DNA of 32,000 nt from Candidatus Saccharimonadota bacterium (GTDB lineage Bacteria > Patescibacteriota > Microgenomatia > UBA1406 > GWC2-37-13), in assembly GCA_001790095.1 (NCBI GenBank), contig MGBH01000001.1:300001-332000 (forward strand), given 5' to 3'. Every line of letters starts with the position of its first letter. The stretch's first letter is position 1. Of this stretch, positions 29,916 to 32,000 are shown piece after piece. The notes below the pieces were generated by a model that saw only the letters and a list, made by a program, of their open reading frames with translations, was not told the DNA's origin and did no database searches. Both the position numbers and the translations under genes were made by a program.

Positions 29916-31436
29916 TTATTTTTCATAGGAAAAGGAAGAATATTTATTTGTAATCCCAATTTTTTCCCTTACCTCCATCATTTTCTTTGATGCCTGTAAT
30001 CGGGCTTTTGCAGCACCTGATTGTAATATCATTTTTATTCTTTCGGGATTTGTTTTCAATTGGCTATATAATTCTCGTTCTTTTTTAAACTTTGTAAGTA
30101 TTGCTTGAAAAAGTTTTTCTTTTACTTCTACATCTGCCACCGTTCCTTTTTCATATCTATTTTCAAGATCTTTAACTTCTTTTTTGTCATCGTTAAGCAA
30201 GCGATGATAAGTGAATATTGGGTTACCGTCAACTCGTCCAGGATCTGTCGCTTTAATACGATTTGGGTCAGTAAAGCAACTCATGACTTGTTTACGAATT
30301 ATTTTTTCCTCAGCAAAAACAGCGATGTAATTATTCAAACTTTTACTCATCTTGCGCTTGCCATCAGTACCAATCAAACGAGCACTTTCCTTCATATTAA
30401 AGATGTCAGGAAGGTTAAATGTTTTCCCATATGTTTTGTTGAAAAATCCTCCAACATCTCTTGTGATTTCAATATGTTGTTTCTGATCGTCTCCAACAGG
30501 CACATAGTCAGGGTCATACAAAAGAATGTCTGCGGCCATAAGGATGGGGTAACTGAAAAGTCCCATATTTATATCTTCCGGATTGGTTCCTTTTTGGAGT
30601 TTGTCTTTATACGCGTGTGCACGCTTGATAAGAGAAAGTGGAGTAATATTGTTTAAAATACTTTGTAGTTCAGTGTGCTGGGGTATGTCAGATTGTCGAT
30701 AAAAAACTACTTTGTTTGTATCAATCCCAAATGCTAAATAAGACAACACAAGATTTTCAACGTTTCGTTGCATTTCATCTCTTTTTTGTATGGTTGTGAG
30801 AGCATGAAGATCAGCGATAAAAAAATACACCTTATCAGCTTGCTTTTGCAATTCCAAGAATGGAACTACGGCTCCTAGATAGTTACCTATGTGTACTTCC
30901 CCGCTTCCTGATGGAGTAATGCCAGTTAAAATTGAGTAATGAGATTTAAGTATAGAATCAGAAGCTGATTTGATGAATCCAACATCCACTATGGTCGAAT
31001 TTGGCAGATTGATGAGATCTGATGTTTTATAGTTAATACTTGAAGTAAAGCTTCCTGAACCTGCCTGAACATATTTTTTTTCAAATATTTTTTTATCAAG
31101 AAATGTTTTTACGACTTGAGGTATATAAATACGCGCACTTCCAGGCTCAAGTCCTGTAAGAGAAGAAAACTCTTTATTGGTTGCCATAGTTAATAAAGTG
31201 GTTTTGGCAGCTTTTTTAAGTTTCTCCAAGTTTACTTTGCAATCATCTCTTCTAATAACAGCGATATATCCATAATCAACTTTAAAGATCAACGTTGAAG
31301 CTCCATTTTCAAAGGTAAGCTTGCAGTAATTGAGAACATCCTCAACTTCTTTAAAATATGGGTGTTCAACCACATAGTGATCGACATTCAGTTCCTTGAG
31401 CTTGTTTGAGTATTCTTTTACGTTTAGTTCTATCAT
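29916..31436 (-). CDS. trpS: Tryptophanyl-tRNA synthetase with N-terminal YbaK/ProX-like (aminoacyl-tRNA deacylase-type) domain
   Basis: The C-terminal ~335 aa is class I TrpRS: ITPSGSGEVHIGNYLGAV (HIGH-type), GDDQKQHIEITRDV and KMSKS. The N-terminal ~165 aa (..ASTLIFKV..VNLEKLKKAAKTTLLTMATNKEFSSLTGLEPGSARIYIP..YVQAGSGSFTSSINYKTSDL) resembles YbaK/EbsC-type editing domains. Confidence 0.8.
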   Translation of the reverse strand: MIELNVKEYSNKLKELNVDHYVVEHPYFKEVEDVLNYCKLTFENGASTLIFKVDYGYIAVIRRDDCKVNLEKLKKAAKTTLLTMATNKEFSSLTGLEPGSARIYIPQVVKTFLDKKIFEKKYVQAGSGSFTSSINYKTSDLINLPNSTIVDVGFIKSASDSILKSHYSILTGITPSGSGEVHIGNYLGAVVPFLELQKQADKVYFFIADLHALTTIQKRDEMQRNVENLVLSYLAFGIDTNKVVFYRQSDIPQHTELQSILNNITPLSLIKRAHAYKDKLQKGTNPEDINMGLFSYPILMAADILLYDPDYVPVGDDQKQHIEITRDVGGFFNKTYGKTFNLPDIFNMKESARLIGTDGKRKMSKSLNNYIAVFAEEKIIRKQVMSCFTDPNRIKATDPGRVDGNPIFTYHRLLNDDKKEVKDLENRYEKGTVADVEVKEKLFQAILTKFKKERELYSQLKTNPERIKMILQSGAAKARLQASKKMMEVREKIGITNKYSSFSYEK

Positions 31437-31456
31437 ATAATTGATTATACAAAAAT

Positions 31457-31999
31457 TTATAAATCTTGTAATATGTCAGGTCGTGGAGGGCCCGCAAAAA
31501 TCATTGCGTCCCCCCTCGCATAATCGACATCAGTTATGGCACATGGTGCAAATGCTTCTATATCACCATATAAGCAGTTATGCCCATATCTGCCCCTATC
31601 CACATCACCTAATTGATTACCCGTGTTGATAAAAACACCAAGACGGACAGCATCATCAATATTTAAATCTGCCACCTTTAGACCCAATCTCTTCATTTTT
31701 TCAGACTGGGTATGAAAAGCGATAAAATCAGGGCGTGTTTCTTGTACCTCTTTTTTTAGGAGATGAAAGCCAAGTCCAGGAAAGCCGGGATCGCATATAA
31801 TACCTTCTACATGCAGGATTTTTTCATGTAAATCAGACCCTCGAATAGTTGTAGCTAAGAATCCCGTTGCACACTCATCCATCATCGCAACGGTTAAGCG
31901 TTGACAACCAAACACATGATCTGCTACGTCTTTTCGTAATCCCTCGGTAACTTCATTTCTTAAGAAACCAACTGCTGTTAATCTCGATAGTGATTCCAA
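31457..31999 (-). CDS. Partial CDS (N-terminus beyond the window), function unknown, possibly GNAT-like
   Basis: The ORF is open to the window edge, and the apparent start is only a TTG at the edge. ICDPGFPGLGFHLLKKEV and FHTQSEKMKRLGLKV weakly resemble GNAT motifs A and B. It is visibly richer in G+C than its neighbours. Confidence 0.35.
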   Translation of the reverse strand: MESLSRLTAVGFLRNEVTEGLRKDVADHVFGCQRLTVAMMDECATGFLATTIRGSDLHEKILHVEGIICDPGFPGLGFHLLKKEVQETRPDFIAFHTQSEKMKRLGLKVADLNIDDAVRLGVFINTGNQLGDVDRGRYGHNCLYGDIEAFAPCAITDVDYARGDAMIFAGPPRPDILQDL

Positions 32000-32000
32000 C

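Noticed and set aside
30105-30656. A 183-aa ORF on the plus strand.
   Set aside because: It is antisense to the catalytic core of trpS. It is F/I/K-rich with shadow-frame composition and has no motif or start context.
31437-31456. A T-box or other riboswitch leader upstream of trpS or trpB.
   Set aside because: Only 20 bp separate trpS from the upstream ORF. The trpS-trpB spacer (about 117-138 bp) lacks the length and the conserved T-box sequence, so there is no room for a ~200-nt T-box.
1-32000. CRISPR arrays, transposases, integrases, prophage genes, toxin-antitoxin pairs or known defence-system genes.
   Set aside because: I saw no regularly spaced direct repeats and no ORF with recognisable recombinase, nuclease or defence motifs. 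The few intergenic regions are short, none longer than about 220 bp.
1-32000. An alternative genetic code with UGA recoding, as in some candidate phyla.
   Set aside because: All family-recognisable proteins are full length under the standard code, and TGA serves as a genuine stop, for example for sufS (4028-4030) and the Wzy_C-like gene (18326-18328).

Overview
The window is AT-rich and very gene-dense, with about 30 protein genes and one tRNA. I saw no rRNA, CRISPR array, transposase or integrase. The standard genetic code fits, because TGA is used as a stop (for example at 4028-4030 and 18326-18328).

The gene content is a minimal SufCB(D)SU system, a two-subunit 2-oxoacid:ferredoxin oxidoreductase, FemAB, a long glycosyltransferase operon, a PF09826-type beta-propeller protein and a trpB with no trpA in the window. 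By inference only, this suggests a reduced-genome, possibly Patescibacteria/CPR-like bacterium.

Layout:
- 64-7249 (+): sufC-sufB-sufD-like-sufS-sufU-ferredoxin-OFOR alpha/beta.
- 7276-9751 (+): tandem consensus promoters, a CIRCE-like inverted repeat and lon.
- 9760-20753 (-): one tightly coupled 10-gene envelope-glycan operon (GT2, Wzy_C/O-antigen-ligase-like, GT-C, four GT4, NPP/alkaline-phosphatase-family enzyme, FemAB-family transferase).
- 20784-22586 (+): tRNA(CAT) directly abutting a SpoU/TrmH methyltransferase gene, then a ClpP-like protein and an RmlC-like cupin.
- 22502-24884 (-): a VanX-like D-Ala-D-Ala dipeptidase and a DapF/CntK-like two-cysteine racemase fused to a GNAT domain.
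- 24913-27297 (+): a divergent YerC/TrpR-like regulator and the beta-propeller protein.
- 27299-31436 (-): rarA, trpB, and a trpS carrying an extra N-terminal YbaK-like domain.
- 31457-31999 (-): a partial, visibly more GC-rich ORF.

The most interesting locus is the racemase-GNAT plus dipeptidase operon. Its leader holds a promoter, a 21-codon ORF with three consecutive His codons, and four GC-rich segments that can fold as terminator or antiterminator. I read this as a candidate histidine-sensing attenuator controlling a D-amino-acid module.

Several transcription units (lon, the yerC-like gene, rarA, the glycan operon, and trmH after tRNA processing) look leaderless or nearly so.

All functional calls rest on motif recognition by eye. 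No database search was run.
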